The notes: generated by a model from the sequence alone, not told the origin. 64,000 bases of DNA from Octopus vulgaris (GCA_951406725.2 OX597821.1:92566001-92630000), one strand, 5' to 3'. Shown: positions 13,155 to 27,330, counted from the stretch's first letter. Program-made: numbers and translations.

Positions 13155-13665
13155 TAGCAGTATCGCCCGGCGTTGCTCGGGTTTGTAAGGGAAATAACTA
13201 TATAAGCATTTTTAGAGAGTTACTTCCCTTATAGATGCCAATTCGGGCTTGCTTAGCCATTTTTGCTTTGGTGTCTTCAAGCCATGAAGTCGTTGTTCTA
13301 AAAGAACGCTGGTTTCCTTCACAACGCATTACGACGTTGATTTCTTTACACTCCCTTCCCCACAGCTTCACGAGGGAGGGAAGGGGGAGAAGCAAACAGG
13401 TGCAGCTGTGACCATGGACGCCAACTCCGCCGCCATCGACATACGATGCATTTTATGCATTAAAATTGAATAAAAAATGATGTTAAATTATTTTTAAAAT
13501 CGTAGACTCATCGTAGACGCGCGCTAATAGTCAGACGGGCTCGATATGAATCACGACTATAAGATACCCGAATTTGGTTAAACTGCACCGCAAAATGTGG
13601 GAGGAGTTAGGAATCTAAATCGAAGGGGACAGATACTCACACAACTAGAGTTTTATATATATAGA
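13154..13665 (-). mobile_element. Non-autonomous Helitron (longer variant)
   Basis: Same termini as 8395-8689, with an extra ~230-bp internal segment; inserted in (TA)n. Confidence 0.85.
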
Positions 13666-13814
13666 TATATATACACATATATGTGTCATTGAATGCTCGA
13701 AATGAGGAGTAGATAGACAGCCAATAACTGATGAAGTGTCTTTCTCTGTGTTTACCTGTCCTGTTTTCTTATTTCATGTTGTTTACACAGCTGATGATGT
13801 CCTATACCCACATA

Positions 13815-13874
<60 letters not shown>

Positions 13875-13933
13875 CATTTTGAATCGCTAGCTTCTGCATG
13901 CATTTTTTTCTCTCCGTGTTTCTTTTCTGTGTA

Positions 13934-13971
13934 TCTTTCTGTTGAAGAGCGTAGGCTCGAAACGTAAAAGA
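13934..13971 (+). ncRNA. Minimal type-I hammerhead-like motif (core variant CTGTTGA)
   Basis: tcttt-CTGTTGA-A-GAGC-gtag-GCTC-GAAAC-GTA-aaaga: 5-bp stem I, 4-bp stem II, palindromic ACGT stem III. Confidence 0.65.
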
Positions 13972-14188
13972 CTTGTTTTATTTATATTCCTGAGCGCCAT
14001 ACTAATACAATTGTTTGTTTGTACTCCACCTGCCTTCGTCTTTTGTTTATTTTCATAAAGCTTCCCGTTATATATATATGTATGTATAGTAGATCCCATA
14101 AAACAAAGAACAAGCACAAAAGAAACAACAACGTGAGGACATGGTACATGTAAAGTATTAGCAGACACTCGGAGGAGGAACGGAAGAT

Positions 14189-14224
14189 GTTTTAACATTT
14201 CAAGCAGAGTTCTTCTTCAGAAAC
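14189..14224 (-). ncRNA. Decayed minimal hammerhead motif
   Basis: Minus strand: gttt-CTGAAGA-A-GAAC-tct-GCTT-GAAAT-GTT-aaaac; a decayed relative of the 6968-7002 motif. Confidence 0.5.
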
Positions 14225-14279
14225 AGAGGAAAGTCCAGTAGAAAAATAAGGCAGAGGAAGAAAATCACCAATGATTCAC

Positions 14280-14297
14280 ACACACACACACACACAC

Positions 14298-14374
<77 letters not shown>

Positions 14375-14998
14375 ATAAAACATGCACGCATAATTATTAC
14401 TTTCAATTAGGGGTAAAATATCTAAATTTCGTTGATAAATTTTGATATACAGTCATTAATACATTTGTGTGTGTGTGTGTGTACATAAAGATCACAAACT
14501 AATTGATCAACCTCAATAAAACACACTGTTGGTACTAATTACACTCTCCTTAAGGAAGTATGTTCATGCTAGTATATATATCTAGGGAAGGACAGAGAGA
14601 GAGAGAGGGACAGACAGATAGACACATACATGTGTGAAAACACTTGTCTTATTTTATCGTCAAGAAACTGATAAAATCTAATGCTTTTCTTTATCCCGAC
14701 TTGAACGCAGAGTTATAAAATTTCCATATGTTAGTCTCATGTACACAGAGGAAAACTGCAACAAACAAAAGCAACTTTATAGCAGAATAACAACAAACAT
14801 ATGATAAATAAATAAAAGAATAGAAACATATATAGATGTGTATATATATATGTATGTATACACACACACACACATATATGTGTGTGTGTAAATGTGCGTG
14901 TATAAGTAACTATGACTAGTGTGTATGTGTATATTTATATGCATATATATGCATGTGTGTGATTATATATATATATATGTATATATATATACATATAT

Positions 14999-15045
<47 letters not shown>

Positions 15046-15097
15046 CATATGCATATATATATATATACACACATATATATATGCAAAAACATATACA

Positions 15098-15162
<65 letters not shown>

Positions 15163-15194
15163 CACATATATATATATATGCAAAAACATATACA

Positions 15195-15270
<76 letters not shown>

Positions 15271-15973
15271 AACCAGAATGTAAAAATTAAATTTAAAATA
15301 CATTAAAAGAAAAATGGAAGAAATTGAAGAAATTCTGTGAAAATATTTGAAATTTCACGAACAATTTTCCCTAGAAATGAAAATAAGTCATCAATCAATT
15401 TGTTTTATTTCTAAAATGATCTACAAATTTAAGCGAATGACATCAAATCTAATGGACATTACGTTTGCTTGCATCTATGATAAATTAAGCCTCATTATTG
15501 TCTCCTCTCCCTCTTCCTCACACTCTCTCTCTATATATATATATATGTCTTTCTGATGCACTCTCTCTTCCATCATCCTCATCACTACCTAATCTTTCTT
15601 TCTATGTCTCTCTCTCTCTCTCTCTCTTTTTTCTTTTTCTCTCACACGATGAATGGCATCATGGGAATTGTCTCAGAGATTAAATTTAAAATTATAGATT
15701 AGGTTTCGTCTAATTGTAGGTATCCGAGGAAGGTGTTTAAAAGATTGCGAAAGTTCAGGAGATGCACGATTAGATGTTTTATGCTGCACTGCTGTTTTGT
15801 ACCAACCCGCCACTCCCACGACCACTACCACCACCACCACTACCAACACCAACACCTCTACTACTAATAACAACAATGATGATGATGACGACGACAACAA
15901 CAACAAAGATGATGATGATGATGATGTCAAAATGAAGGAGGAACAGGAGGGGAGAAGGAGGAGATTAATAATG

Positions 15974-16025
<52 letters not shown>

Positions 16026-16060
16026 TAATAATAATAATAATGATAATAATAATAATAATG

Positions 16061-16133
<73 letters not shown>

Positions 16134-16350
16134 TAATAATAATAATAATGATAATAATAATAATAATACTAATTTCTATCATACCACTATTATTGATTAA
16201 AAGATATTCCTAAATCCCATTTTAAATGTAAATTATTGCAAATGTGTAATGATTTATGCAGATAATTATGTGCTGATACATGTGTAGATATGTATGGGTA
16301 CATGTATGTCTTAGTATGCATGTAGGGGTATATGATAGTGTGTATATACA

Positions 16351-16381
<31 letters not shown>

Positions 16382-16604
16382 TATATATATGTATATATAT
16401 ATAATATATATATATATTATATATATGTATATATATATATATATATACATGTATATATATATTAATGTGTATTATTACATATATACTACTGCATATATAT
16501 ACAGTTATATACACTATACACACATGCAGACATGAGTACACACTGAACTACATTTAAATTTAAATATATTCATTGTTGAGCATATACATATATGCATACA
16601 TATA

Positions 16605-16653
<49 letters not shown>

Positions 16654-16720
16654 GCAAAACATGCATGTATGTGTATATACATGTATGTATATAACTATAG
16701 ATGGATACATACATACATAG

Positions 16721-16758
<38 letters not shown>

Positions 16759-16780
16759 GTATATATATATATATATTTGT

Positions 16781-16815
<35 letters not shown>

Positions 16816-17191
16816 AATGCATACACATGCACACACACACATATGTATACATATATGCCCATGCGTATATAAATTACACACGAACAACTTTTGCATATAT
16901 GCATAAAAGCATATGGTGCCTTTAAATGTATTTATTTTTGTATATGTACACACTTATGTGTAACTACATGAATGAATACACATGCCAGATTTTATACAGT
17001 TTTATTTAAACATACATTCATGCATGTGAATGTGTGTGTATGTGTGTGTTTGTGTGTGTATAAAACCATACACACATAACTAAGTTAATTATGCATACAT
17101 GTAATGAGCATATATATAGATATATAAGTAGATAGATAGATAGATAGATACATACATACATAATAGATACATATACATATGTACATATACA

Positions 17192-17244
<53 letters not shown>

Positions 17245-17672
17245 ATGTATGTATATATGCATGCATATATGTTTGTGTGTATGGATGATATTATATAATG
17301 CTGTGTACATATTGTTGAATCTGAAAGCATGTGTATATATACAAATAGTATATACAAAAACATGTACAAGCTAATATAAAATTCACATTTGTGTTTTGCA
17401 TAAATATGCTTCAGTATATGACTTTTTTCCCTATTATTATATGGTGTATACATATATGTGCATAAACTGATATGCTTAGGTGCACTATGTGTAAATTTAA
17501 CTGTCAACTATAATGTACCCGTAATAATGTTATGCCCATCCACCCTTCTAAATGACCCCTAATAGACTCAGTAGACCAGCGAAGGGCAGGACAAGTCAGT
17601 GACACAGCTGAGATTTGCATCCCAATATATGGGTTATGAAGCAAAGCAAGAGACAATTTGTCTCACTAGCTG

Positions 17673-17717
<45 letters not shown>

Positions 17718-18370
17718 TTGTTGTAGCTATTGTTGCTGTTGCTGTTGTTGTTGATGCTATGTTGCTTTTGTTAACATTGTTGTTATTTGTGTTGTTGGTG
17801 TTGTTGCTGCAGTTGTTGTTTTTGATGTTATGTTATATTGCTGCTACTGCTGCTGCTGCTGCTGCTGTTATTGTTACTGCTATTGTTGTTGTAGTTGTTC
17901 TCAATTATGTGCTTCTGTTCTTGTTGTTATTGTTGCCACTGCTGCTGCTGCCCCTCTAAATGACTCTCTTAATGTTGCTGTGGTTACTCCTTTGCTAATA
18001 AATCATGAAGTTTTTTTGTTTTTTTCTTTTGCTAGAAAAGATATAGAGAATTTATCATCCACTACCCACGCCACATCACCGTCACCACCACCACCACTAA
18101 CCATCACCATCCTTATCATTATCATAAACATCATGATCATCACCATCAAAACTATCATCATCATTACCATCATTGTCATTGTTACCAATCATCATGATCA
18201 TCATCGCCTTCATCATCATCATCATTGTCATCATCAGTGACATCCACCTCATCATAGCCATTATAATCACCATCATCAACATCATCATCATCATCGTCTC
18301 CATTGTTGTCATCATCATCATTACCATCTTTATCATCATCAATAACAAGAATATCGATACTATCCATTTC
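14280..18370. repeat. Compound microsatellite field: (TA)n, (CA)n, (AAT)n, (GCT)n, (GTT)n, (ATC)n
   Basis: Seen directly; short unique islands at ~15290-15800 and ~17500-17670. Confidence 0.95.
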
Positions 18371-18602
18371 CTCTAAAAATCATCCATGACTACAGATCAA
18401 TAAAGCTATTCTGTAGTTGTTTGAGCAGCTTCAAGTATTGTAATCAAATCTCTGTCAATGTATTTTACAACCATTTCTAAAATATGGGCCACAGATTCAG
18501 CAAGGGCTCCAAACTATGGACAACATAGACTTCAATGAAACCAATCTTTGGGAAATTTATCACTGGACACCCAGACTTACAAATTATCGGAGGCACGTCC
18601 AT

Positions 18603-18918
18603 GTCGGTGGCACGTAAAAAGCACCATCCGAATCATGGCCGAAGCCACTGCCGCCTCGACTGGCTTCCGTGCAGGTGGCACGTAAAATACAGCAATCCGA
18701 CCGTGGCCGATGCCAGCCTCGACTGGCTCCAGTGCAGGTGGCACGTAAAAAGCACCCACTACACTCACGGAGTGGTTGGCATTAGGAAGGGCATCCAGCT
18801 GTAGAAACATTACCAGATAAGACCGGAGCCTGGTGCAGCCTTCTGGCTTCCCAGATCCCCGGTCGAACCGTCCAACCCATGCTAGCATGGAGAACGGACG
18901 TTAAACGATGATGATGAT
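18603..18918 (+). mobile_element. RTE LINE 3' UTR fragment (5'-truncated)
   Basis: 3x ggtggcacgtaaaa subrepeat and (GAT)n tail; the same sequence follows the RTE ORF remnant at 52921-53455. Confidence 0.75.
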
Positions 18919-19834
18919 TATGGCCATACTGTGAAGTACAGAATCTAAACAACAGCAACAGAAATAGCAATGAAGGTGCTAAAGAAGGAACATCTATGTA
19001 GTCACTTTACCAGCTAGAAACAGTAGCTATAATCTTCCTTAAGTCACACCCTACCATCTTGGAAATGGAAGGACCCATTGGATACTATAGTCCTAGATAT
19101 AGAATATCTGAAATAAAAGATAGAGTGGTCAAAAGTGGGATATATGTCGATTCAGTTCAGTATGATCTAAGCAAAACAAAACAAATATGACATGAAAATG
19201 CAACATCTCACTCAATATTTATGCATTAAATAATCTACCTCTCACTCAAAGCTGAATACCTTTGTTGAAGCAGCAGATTCCTAAAAGTTTTCCACTCTCT
19301 ACCTACCTCTGTTAATATACATATGAAACACTCCTACTACTGATGAAAATCACCTAGTAGAAATCGGAAGACTACTTAACAACTGAAGTACTTTATTTCA
19401 GGGATGATTTTCTAACTAATACATTACATCTCTTCCATAAGAATTTCTTTTCTGTTAACCTGTTTATGATTCTACTGCATCTGCAAGACAACCAAAGTTT
19501 ACATAGATTAAACACAATAGAATTCCAACCTGCACCATTTTTGCAAACTGCGTCTACCTTTTTCCCAGATGGCAGTAGAGTTCTGCATTCCTTCATGTCT
19601 GTTCTCTTTGTTAGGTTTTCCTTTCGACCTCTTGAATCAAAGCATTGCATCAAAGTTGGAACTCTTTCCTCCCATTCTTTGATTGATTCAGCACACAATT
19701 GTCACCCCACGGTGACAGCAGTTTTAAATTCTTTTATTATAAGGAGGGGAATTATAATAAACAAGAGGCTGAAAGAACTGAGCCTTTAGTTCTTAGGGTC
19801 CTCTTCACTGGAGATGACTCTTTCATATATTACA

Positions 19835-20228
19835 CTAGCAGTATCGCCCGGTGTTGCTCGGGTTTGTAAGGGAAATAACTATAAAGCATTTTTAGAGAGT
19901 TATAGCCAAAAAATAGCAAAAAAATGCATTAAAAATGGAAAAACATGATGGTAAATTTTAATTTAAATCGTTGACTCATCGTAGACATTTTTAGAGAGTT
20001 ACTTCCCTTATATAATAGCGAAAAAATGCATTAAAATGGAAAAAATGATGGTAAATTTTTTTTAAATCGTAGACTCATCGTAGACTCGCGCTAATACCCA
20101 GAAGTGCTCAATATGAATCACGACTATAAGATACCCAGTTTTGGTTAAACTGCACTGCAAAATGTGGGAGTAGTTAGGAATCTAAATCGGAGGAGACAGA
20201 CACACAACCTTACTTTTATATATAAAGA
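19835..20228 (-). mobile_element. Non-autonomous Helitron with internal duplication
   Basis: Same TC...hairpin-CTAG termini; catttttagagagtta..gactcatcgtagac is duplicated. Confidence 0.85.
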
Positions 20229-21011
20229 TTTCACTAAGTGAATTTCTGCTTGGCTTGTAATCTTTAACATTCCAGCAACCACTTCAAATGGTCCAGCTGC
20301 TTTCTTTTTCATGTCCATGATAACCCTATTTGACCATACAACAGTCATACTCACCTACTGCGTGGTCCATCTTGGATTAGCCCCCCCCCCTCTCTCTATC
20401 ACGACACTCTCCCCATTCTATAAACTTTCATTGTAACATTTCCATATGCCTTCTTGTTCTCAGTGAAGCTATGTAGCTACATGCATCATTCTCCATTCTG
20501 CATTTCACCAATGATTTTGATGTTCTAACTCATGCTGATATACACCTTTGCAAACTAGGAATACTTCACACAACTATTCATGTCATTGAAGACACATACA
20601 CACTTCAACCAGCACTTAATAAAATATCACACACACCCAAACACACATACTTATATGTGTATGAATGTGTATGAATGCGTGTGTGTGTGTGTGTGTGTAG
20701 TATTAATAATGATAAGGAGAACAGATATTTTTCACATCCATAATTTTATTTATCAGTTAGGATGCTGCAAATAACTAAAAGTAAAATTATGGGTAAGAAA
20801 AAAAATCATTGTTCTCCTTATCATTATTACTTACTCTACGGAAATTATGTGGTCCTGAATAGGACACTCAGATTTACCAAGCAAGAGAAGTTACCTGAGG
20901 CTAGTAACTTATTGTTAACTCTGGTATCACAAAAAGACTGTTGTGGTTAACCAGCATCTGAAACCAGATTAAGAGGAAATACAGTAGCTACCAGGATAAT
21001 ATATCATTTTT

Positions 21012-21059
<48 letters not shown>

Positions 21060-21066
21060 GTTTTTT

Positions 21067-21282
21067 TTTCTTTATTGCCCACAAGAGGGGACAAACAAGG
21101 ACAGACAAAGGGATTAAGTCGATTTACATCGACCCCAGTGCATAACTGGTACTTTATTTACCGACCCCGAAAGGATGAAAGGCAAAGTTGACCTCAGCGG
21201 AATTTGAACTCAGAATGTAACAGCAGACGAAATACGGCTACGCATTTCGCCCGGTGTGCTAACGTTTCTGCCAGCTCGCCGC
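21067..21282 (-). mobile_element. SINE family B
   Basis: Reverse complement of 6205-6437. Confidence 0.9.
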
Positions 21283-21453
21283 ATATATATATATATATAT
21301 GCTTACACACACACACACACACACACACATATAAATATATATATATAGTAGCTGTTTAAAATTATATGAAGCCTTTTAAAACAGTGTCACTGTGACTTCA
21401 GAGTTTCACCAAAGTAGGCTCCTCAGGAGGTATTAAAATAAAGGAGATTGTTA

Positions 21454-22000
21454 TACAAAGGTGAGTCAAAAAGTAATGCCATTTTGTTTAGGACAGGTAT
21501 AATTACCAACACAGGAACATGCATCATACATCAAAATGAAGCTGGTCCTCTGTGGATCACATCCCTACTTCCCAACATAGCCACCATTTCTCTCAATAGC
21601 AATGTTGCACCTTTGAATGAGAGCATGTATCCCTGACCCGTAAAATTCTGTTGACTGTTCTTTGAGCCACTCTTTCACTACAGTTTTCACTTCCTTGTCA
21701 CTGGAATAATGTTTGCCTCTCAAACCCTCTTTCGTGGCGCCGAAGAGATGATAGTCTGAAGGCGCTAAATCTGGTGAGTGAGGAGGTAGTGAAGAAGTGG
21801 CTCAAAGAACAGTCAACAGAATTTTACGGAACAGGGATACATGCTCTCATTCGGAAGTGAAAGATTGCTATTGAGAGAAACAGTGACTATGTTGAGAAGT
21901 AGGGATGTGATCCTCAGGGGATCAGCTTTAGATTGATGTATGTTTTGGTAATTATACCCGTCCTAAACAGAATAGCATTACTTTTTGACTCACCCTCGTA
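21454..22000. mobile_element. Mariner-derived non-autonomous element made of two inverted 3' ends
   Basis: Termini ta-c(a/g)a(a/g)ggtgagtcaaaaagtaatgc; transposase C-terminus KWLKEQSTEFYGTGIHALIRK*..DYVEK* on +, with a homologous copy on -. Confidence 0.85.
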
Positions 22001-23342
22001 CATAAAGTTAAGGTGTATGAGTAAGTGTGATAGATTACTTAAAAAGGTAGAGTGAATTAATTGAATAATATTATACTCAATTGCAAAGACTAGACTAAGG
22101 ATATGTAACAAGACAGAGACAAGTATAGGAAATAGGCTGGATCAAACAGTTATGTGTGTTAGTGGAGATGCGAAAGGTGTTGCACTTGTGATAATATGAG
22201 TTACACAAATGCTTACAATTGTAAAATACAGAATTAAAAGCTCAAATCCCTCAATATCTAAATATTGTGGGAAATTCTAATTGCTATTGGTAATGGACAC
22301 ACATAAAAACTAATGAATAATAATTAGAACAAGTTATTGAATCAGCTTTTTTAGTATGGAGACAGAAGAACTTAACTGTATTTGCTTAATTTAATTTCAT
22401 TTTAGTTACGTAGATAAACAAATAATAATAATTATTGTTGTTAGAGTGTATTATGATGGAAATTTAATGTACTTATAAAGGCTTTTATATAATTTTTTTG
22501 CTCTACTGTAGTATACCTGGTATCTATTTCAAATGAGAAAATTAATGGAAACAGAGAAGACTGTGTTACAATTAAGCCATTAAGTGTGTTTTATTACAAG
22601 AGCATTAGGATTTAAAATAACCAGGGATTACAAGCAAGAATTCCTAATTACGTTTGTATTGAGCAAGTTACTTAAAAGTTTTGGATGGAAAATTCTGAGG
22701 TTGGGATTAATTACAGAAACTGATTGCAAGATGTTTATATATTAATGAAGGAATTGGAAGGATATCTTAATGAAATAGAGAAGTCTGATTAATAGTTATT
22801 ATGCAGTGAGCTTGGCTATGTAGTAAATGCATATATTTATTTCTAAAGACTACAATGGAAATGGGATATTGCTAAATTAGGCTAAAAATTAGATTTTCTT
22901 TTACAACCTACGCTTTGGGGAATAGTCATTCTACTAACTAGATAATGGAAAGATAATGGAAAAATACTCAGTTGCCATTAGTTTTAATGATAACTAGCAA
23001 AGCAGGATTTAGCTAACCGTATCATATTACTAGAGCGTGGGTTAGAATTACTGAAAAGGAGATTTATATTGAAGAAATAACTATTAAATTTACAATAGTA
23101 AGAGAAAGTAAAATGCCCATTGGAAGCTAAGTAGAATTGGTAATAATAAGGGATCTGTGTTGACTAGATTTAAGAGCAGTTTTAGTAAGGTGAAAAAAGA
23201 AAAAAAATCAAACAGAAAACACACTGGAAATACAACGAAATAAAAGTTGTATGCAGTGTCTCTTTGAACGTGCACACATACACACACGTACATACATAAA
23301 TATATGTATATTTATATACATATATATATATATCTTTGTATA

Positions 23343-23533
23343 CATCATCATCATCATCATCATCATCATTTAGGGTCCGCTTTCCATGCTTGCATGTGTT
23401 GGACGGTTCAACTGGGGTCTGAGAAGCAAGAAGGCTGCACCAGGCCCAGTCTGATCTGGCAATGTTTCTAGGGCCGGATGCCCTTCCTAATGCCAGATGC
23501 CCTTCCTAACACCAGATGCCTTTCCTAATGCCA
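23343..23533 (-). mobile_element. RTE LINE 3' end fragment
   Basis: (ATC)n tail plus match to 18603-18918. Confidence 0.75.
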
Positions 23534-23546
23534 TAAATGCATATAC

Positions 23547-23588
<42 letters not shown>

Positions 23589-23614
23589 ATGTGTGTGTGT
23601 GTGTCTATATATAG

Positions 23615-24125
23615 TTAAAATTTACAGAAAAATAAAAGATGAAGACAGGTGTATAAGCAACAAGCAGGTTTGACGCTTGGGAAAGTGAGAAAGCCTTTTA
23701 CATTTCAAGCCTATGTTCTTCAACAGAGAGGAATAAGAGAAAATAAACAGAGAGACAATAAAAAAGTTTGTGGATTTAGTGGTCAAGCATGATGACTGGT
23801 TAGAAAAAAACGGTTTGACAGGAGAGGTAGAAATAAGGGGAGATAATAAAGTATTGGTGATCCCAAAATGAAGGTGCACGCATGTGTGTATGTGAGAATG
23901 TGTAAGTATGTCTGTGTGGATAGGGGCTAGTTACTTTCATGTATGTGGATGTGTGTATGTAAGTGTGTGTGTCTGTAATATGTGGGTGTGTGGATATTGC
24001 TGTGTGGGGTGGGTGCTGGGAAGTGGCCAATGCTTGTGTATGTGGAGTGGTGTGGGGTGGGGTGAGGTGTATGGGGGTGTGGGGTAGGAGGACAGGGATA
24101 TGTGGGTATAGGGGTGGGGTGGGGA

Positions 24126-24130
<5 letters not shown>
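23615..24130 (-). mobile_element. CA-rich repeat ending in a decayed hammerhead motif (23694-23731)
   Basis: Minus strand: cctct-CTGTTGA-A-GAAC-atag-GCTT-GAAAT-GTA-aaagg, same family as 13934. The CA-rich body is homologous to 1-110. Confidence 0.6.
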
Positions 24131-24139
<9 letters not shown>

Positions 24140-24161
<22 letters not shown>

Positions 24162-24321
24162 CGACAGGCTTCTTTCAGTCTCCGTCTACCAAATCCACTC
24201 ACAAGGCTTTGGTCGGCCCGAGGCTATAGTAGAAGACACTTGCCCAAGGTACCTTGCAATGGGACTAAACCCAGAACCAAGTGATTGGCAAGCAAGCTAC
24301 TTATCACAAAGCCACACCTGC
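24140..24321 (-). mobile_element. SINE family A, 5' half
   Basis: Head and CORE-like part, up to the (TA)n tract. Confidence 0.8.
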
Positions 24322-25179
24322 ATGTTGAAACTATTTTTACATTTTTACTTCATAGTAGATTTTGGTGTTTGTCTGCAGTGGTTATATATGCTATTGTCTA
24401 AATTTTGTGTAATATCAAGTAAATTAACTATACTTAAGTTTGTGCCCAACATCACTATATGCACACTTTCAAGGTTATCAAATTTTGTGTGTAATATATA
24501 TACTATTTAGTGACCTAGAGTTACAAAAATCCATCTGAAATATTTCTATCCATCAGCTTATTAAAAAATGTCTAGTTTTCTTTTTCCTAAAAGTCTCAAC
24601 AAATGAAAACAAAGATCTTGAATGCAAAATGAATTTGACTTCATCAGCTGTGCTCATGGTAATGATTTCAAAAGGTAAGTGCTTCTAAACTTTGAAGTTA
24701 ATGAGAAAATACACTCAATTGTGTTCATTTATACAAGTACTTGTTGAAACTAGTAAACAATTTATTGACCAATGAAGTGTTGTTTTATATGGGTAGGCTC
24801 ACTGCTGTTTAATGCTTTATAATGATTTTACTACTGACTTACATCTTGGGTGGGTTTAACAGTTTGATAGGAGAGGTTGTGAAAGAAGTTTTGACTGAGA
24901 TTTTTAAGTGTAATTTGTGGTATGCAGAGTGATATGTGTTCAAATTTGTTGTCTTGGTCTAATCTGGTTACTTGACATTTGGCTTCTAGGTTTATCAAGA
25001 TGACTGTTCTGTTTTGTACGCGTGTTCTGCTATTAGAAAAACAAAATTTTTGACACTGAATGTGTTGGTTGTGTACCAGTTTTATCATTTTGAATAAAGC
25101 ACCAAAAATGTTTTTGTTGAACCTTGAATGAATATTTTATATTGTTCTATATATCTGTACTGCAAAAGCCTTTTCTATG

Positions 25180-25428
25180 AGTATATACACGTGTGTGTGT
25201 ATATGTATCTCTATGTGCATGTGTATGTATATGTGTGTGTATGTACATATATATATATATACATGTATGTATACATATATGCATACACATATGCATGTAT
25301 AGTATATGTTTGTATGTATATGGACATCTATCTAACTACCTCTCTATATATATATTTACATATATATGCATATATATGTACATGTATGTATTGCGTTCTT
25401 GTCCCAGTTTGTATTTTTTTACATATAC

Positions 25429-25469
<41 letters not shown>

Positions 25470-26165
25470 CATACATACATACACATACACACACACACAC
25501 ACAGAGGCATATATATATACTCTACAACCTACACCACAATTATACTCATTTATTCTTACTTCCTGTCAATGACTATATATTTCCTATTCTCTCTCTCGGT
25601 CCCTTTCTGAAAATAAATGCTCGGATTTTGTTTTTTGTTGTTTTTCTCCCCCGCCTTTTTTTTTTGTACCTTCCATAGCAACTTTATTCCATTTATTTCT
25701 CCTCTCTTTCTTCCTTTAAACAAATTTATTTATACGATTAGGTCTAATCTTAGCTCCAACAGTGTGCCAGTATGTAATGTAACATCAAGTCAAAAATACA
25801 TGCCAACAGTCAACCTCAATTCTGGCATCTCTACCTGATGCAGATTCCACTGTTTTTGTTTCTAGGTTTATTGAGTTGAATATGTTCGTCTTTAATTTGT
25901 TATATATGTGTGTTTTTTTTTGTTTGTTTTTTTGTGTGTGTTTGGGAGGTTTTTTTATACAGATAGAAAAGGCTTTTTCGCATGTTTTATTTTTATTGTT
26001 CTCGTAGCAGTTTTAGTTTTGTTCAATAGTACAAAATATTTTTGGGGGTCTTTGAATATTTATATTGTTCTGTGATTTGAAAGTGAAAATACATTGTAAT
26101 GTATGTGTATGTGTATGTGTGTGTGTGTATGTGTGTGTGTGTGTGTGTGTGTGCAAGTGTGTGTG

Positions 26166-26235
<70 letters not shown>

Positions 26236-26640
26236 GAGAGACAGAGAGAGAGAGAGAGAAAGAGAGACAGAGAAAGAGAGACAGAGAGATACATATACAT
26301 ATACACACAGGATATATATAAAACAAGAACTGAACAGAAAGAACACACACACACACACACATATATATATGTGTGTATGTATGTATATATACATGTATGT
26401 ATATATAAACTTATACATACATTTATATATATATATCTGTATATATATATATATATACATATATATACATATATATATACACACACACACACATATATAT
26501 ACACACATACATATATATGCAAATGTATGTATATGTTTATACACACACACACATATATAAACTAAACACATTAAATCATACGTTGATAAGTATATACAAA
26601 TATACATGTATGACTGTAGTGCTGTATGTATGTATAAGTG
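25180..26640. repeat. Compound microsatellites (TA)n/(TG)n/(AG)n
   Basis: Seen directly. Confidence 0.9.
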
Positions 26641-27248
26641 TCTGAATATAATTGTTCCACTCTGTGTTCTTGTTAAAACGTGTATACATCTTTAAAAATC
26701 TTGGCATCCCATCTCCTACGAATTAGTTTACAACTATATTGAGCTTAGCACTTTATGACTCATGTTTTATTACCCATTTCTATTGCTTTATTCTAGAAAG
26801 TAAACAGAGATGTAATCTATTCTATAGGACATGGTGTATAGTGATCAAGTTTTCAACAATCACCCCTTGAACTGATGTCCTGACTCATTGTTTTTCCCTG
26901 GTGAAATAGTTTTTGCAGGTTATGTAATAATCATGCTTAGTAGGAATTATTGAAACAGCTGCAGAATGAATATTTTTCAATATTATGTTGCTTGTTCTTT
27001 CACTTTCATATATATGTATATATATATATATATATATATCGATAGGTGAATGAATTATCCTATGTTTACCGTCAACATGGAAAATTCGATGAACCAATAC
27101 CAGGGTAGCAAATTCATGTCAGAAACACGGTTGAAGTGACCTGTCCAAGGGTAGAAACTCTGGGTTCATGTGTAGAAATCTGTGTGTTATATATGAATAA
27201 ATAAATAAATAAATTGAGTTGAACGAAGATGTTAACAAAATTCCTTTA

Positions 27249-27330
27249 CTCTCGACATATGTTTCGAAGATAACATGGTTTTATTCCAAAGGAATAAATG
27301 GTGCAAGGTGCAATCTTCTCATCAGGAAAG
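27249..27330 (-). ncRNA. Type-I hammerhead ribozyme, canonical core
   Basis: Minus strand: ctttc-CTGATGA-GAAGAT..(tttattcc ttt ggaataaa)..ATCTTC-GAAAC-ATAT-GTC-gagag. 5-bp stem I, 6-bp stem II base, palindromic ACATATGT stem III, GUC cleavage triplet. Confidence 0.85.

Noticed and set aside
13690-13810. CTGATGA words (twice) near ctcGAAA
   Set aside because: Could not build stems I-III in any hammerhead topology.
14200-18376. Many long ORFs (poly-IY, poly-I, poly-H/D/V), also at 25-26, 30-34, 45-46 and 56-58 kb
   Set aside because: These are translations of microsatellites that lack stop codons; no domain content.
18605-18760. Three ggtggcacgtaaaa repeats ~60 bp apart, CRISPR-like spacing
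   Set aside because: The spacers are homologous to each other; this is a tandem subrepeat of the RTE 3' UTR in a eukaryote with no cas genes.
19393-19789. Overlapping ~100-aa ORFs on both strands
   Set aside because: No recognisable motif or splice support.
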